In this document: piece after piece, positions 63,279-64,000 of the stretch
Layout of the letters: the number at the start of each line of letters is the position of its first letter
Position numbering within the stretch: the first letter of the stretch is position 1
Translations under genes and position numbers: made by a program
From: an uncultured Clostridia bacterium
GTDB taxonomy: Bacteria > Bacillota > Clostridia > Oscillospirales > Oscillospiraceae
DNA length: 64,000 nucleotides
Assembly (NCBI GenBank): GCA_946412355.1
Contig: CAMKGX010000004.1
Coordinates: forward strand, 476-64,475
Direction: 5' to 3'
Notes under the pieces: model-generated
Databases searched by the model: none
Seen by the model: only the letters and a program-made list of their open reading frames with translations
Told to the model about the DNA's origin: nothing

Positions 63279-64000
63279 GTGAAGGAAAAAACAACGATAT
63301 TGTCCTCCGAGTAGAAGGAATATATAAAAGCTTCGGACCTACGAAAGCACTTGTGGATGTCAGCCTTGATCTTCATAAAGGCGAAGTCCTCGGCCTGATT
63401 GGTGAGAACGGCTCTGGTAAATCAACTCTATCAACCATTATCGCTGGTATCCAGAAAGCAGATCAGGGAAGTATGTTCCTGGAGGGCGAGCCGTATGTTC
63501 CTACTGACATTACAGACGCAATCAGCAAAGGTGTCAGCATGGTTGTGCAGGAGCAGGGTACGCTGAATAACATCACTGTTGCATCCAACATATTTGCCGG
63601 TAAGGAAAGCGAGTTTACCAGGCATGGCCTTCTGGATATTCACAAAATGAACAAGGCTGCTGCCGAGCTTCTTTCCTCTATCGGCGTTGAAGGGATCAAC
63701 CCTGCACAGCTCGTAAACGGAATGTCGTTTGAAGAGCGTAAGTTGTTGGAGGTTGCTCGTGCAGAGTACACAAATCCCAAGGTCCTTCTGATCGACGAAA
63801 CGACCACAGCCCTCGGTAAAGAAGGGCGCGATGTCATGTATCGCTTGATCAACACCATGCGTGACTCCGGACGCTCCGTCATCTTCATCTCTCACGACAT
63901 CGAGGAGCTGATGGCGATCTGTGATTCCATTACGGTTCTCCGTGATGGACACCTCATTGGCACGCTGAGTCGTGATGAAATGAATATTCACACAATGCGC
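63275..64000 (+). CDS. Sugar ABC transporter ATP-binding protein (RbsA/MglA type), 5' part; runs off the window and is absent from the ORF track
   Basis: ATGA overlap with rbsK; MSEGKNNDIVLRVEGIYKSFG..GENGSGKSTL..LLIDETTTAL..IFISHDIEE..VLRDG. Confidence 0.92.
   Translation, partial: MSEGKNNDIVLRVEGIYKSFGPTKALVDVSLDLHKGEVLGLIGENGSGKSTLSTIIAGIQKADQGSMFLEGEPYVPTDITDAISKGVSMVVQEQGTLNNITVASNIFAGKESEFTRHGLLDIHKMNKAAAELLSSIGVEGINPAQLVNGMSFEERKLLEVARAEYTNPKVLLIDETTTALGKEGRDVMYRLINTMRDSGRSVIFISHDIEELMAICDSITVLRDGHLIGTLSRDEMNIHTMR

Larger units (their letters stand above)
44900..64000. mobile_element. Mosaic accessory region / genomic island (left boundary approximate, runs off the right edge)
   Basis: Visible drop in GC and change in codon style after ~44.9 kb; no GTAG REP arrays seen; contains recombinases, a TA-like pair, CRISPR-Cas9 and a sugar locus. 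Att sites for the whole region not identified. Confidence 0.75.

Overview
High-GC Firmicute chromosome; gene content and repeat style suggest an Oscillospiraceae-like Clostridium (inference). Bases 1-44.8 kb are housekeeping: MFS and LysO transporters, sbcDC, a peptide/nickel ABC operon, two DegV genes, class B sortase, pyruvate:ferredoxin oxidoreductase, yifB, thiI, cinA-like, T-box-ileS, murT-gatD-like, mnmG, a GlpA/LhgO-like oxidoreductase trio, an NhaC-type transporter, mnmA, an orphan histidine-kinase-like gene, gap and a GntR regulator. The intergenic spaces hold GTAG-type REP-like arrays with an ~84 bp period plus other dispersed repeats. From ~44.9 kb the sequence is visibly less GC-rich and forms a mosaic accessory region. 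In order it holds: a degenerate 34-bp tandem array; a DUF4160 toxin-antitoxin-like pair; an unusual three-gene recombination module (an apparently active tyrosine recombinase, a paralogue lacking the catalytic Arg/His residues, and a divergent ISL3-derived protein with an eroded DDE motif); a large serine recombinase bracketed by a 14-bp direct repeat; a YhaM-like HD nuclease; a type II-A CRISPR-Cas9 locus (8 repeats, tracrRNA, intact Cas9) whose cas1-cas2-csn2 block appears deleted, leaving an in-frame cas1::csn2 scar; and a sugar locus with a LacI-ribokinase fusion. The best candidates for undescribed biology are the active/dead tyrosine recombinase pair with its ISL3-derived partner, the adaptation-less Cas9 locus, and a MurT/GatD pair that has lost its glutaminase residues. 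All protein assignments come from motif recognition by eye; no database search was run.
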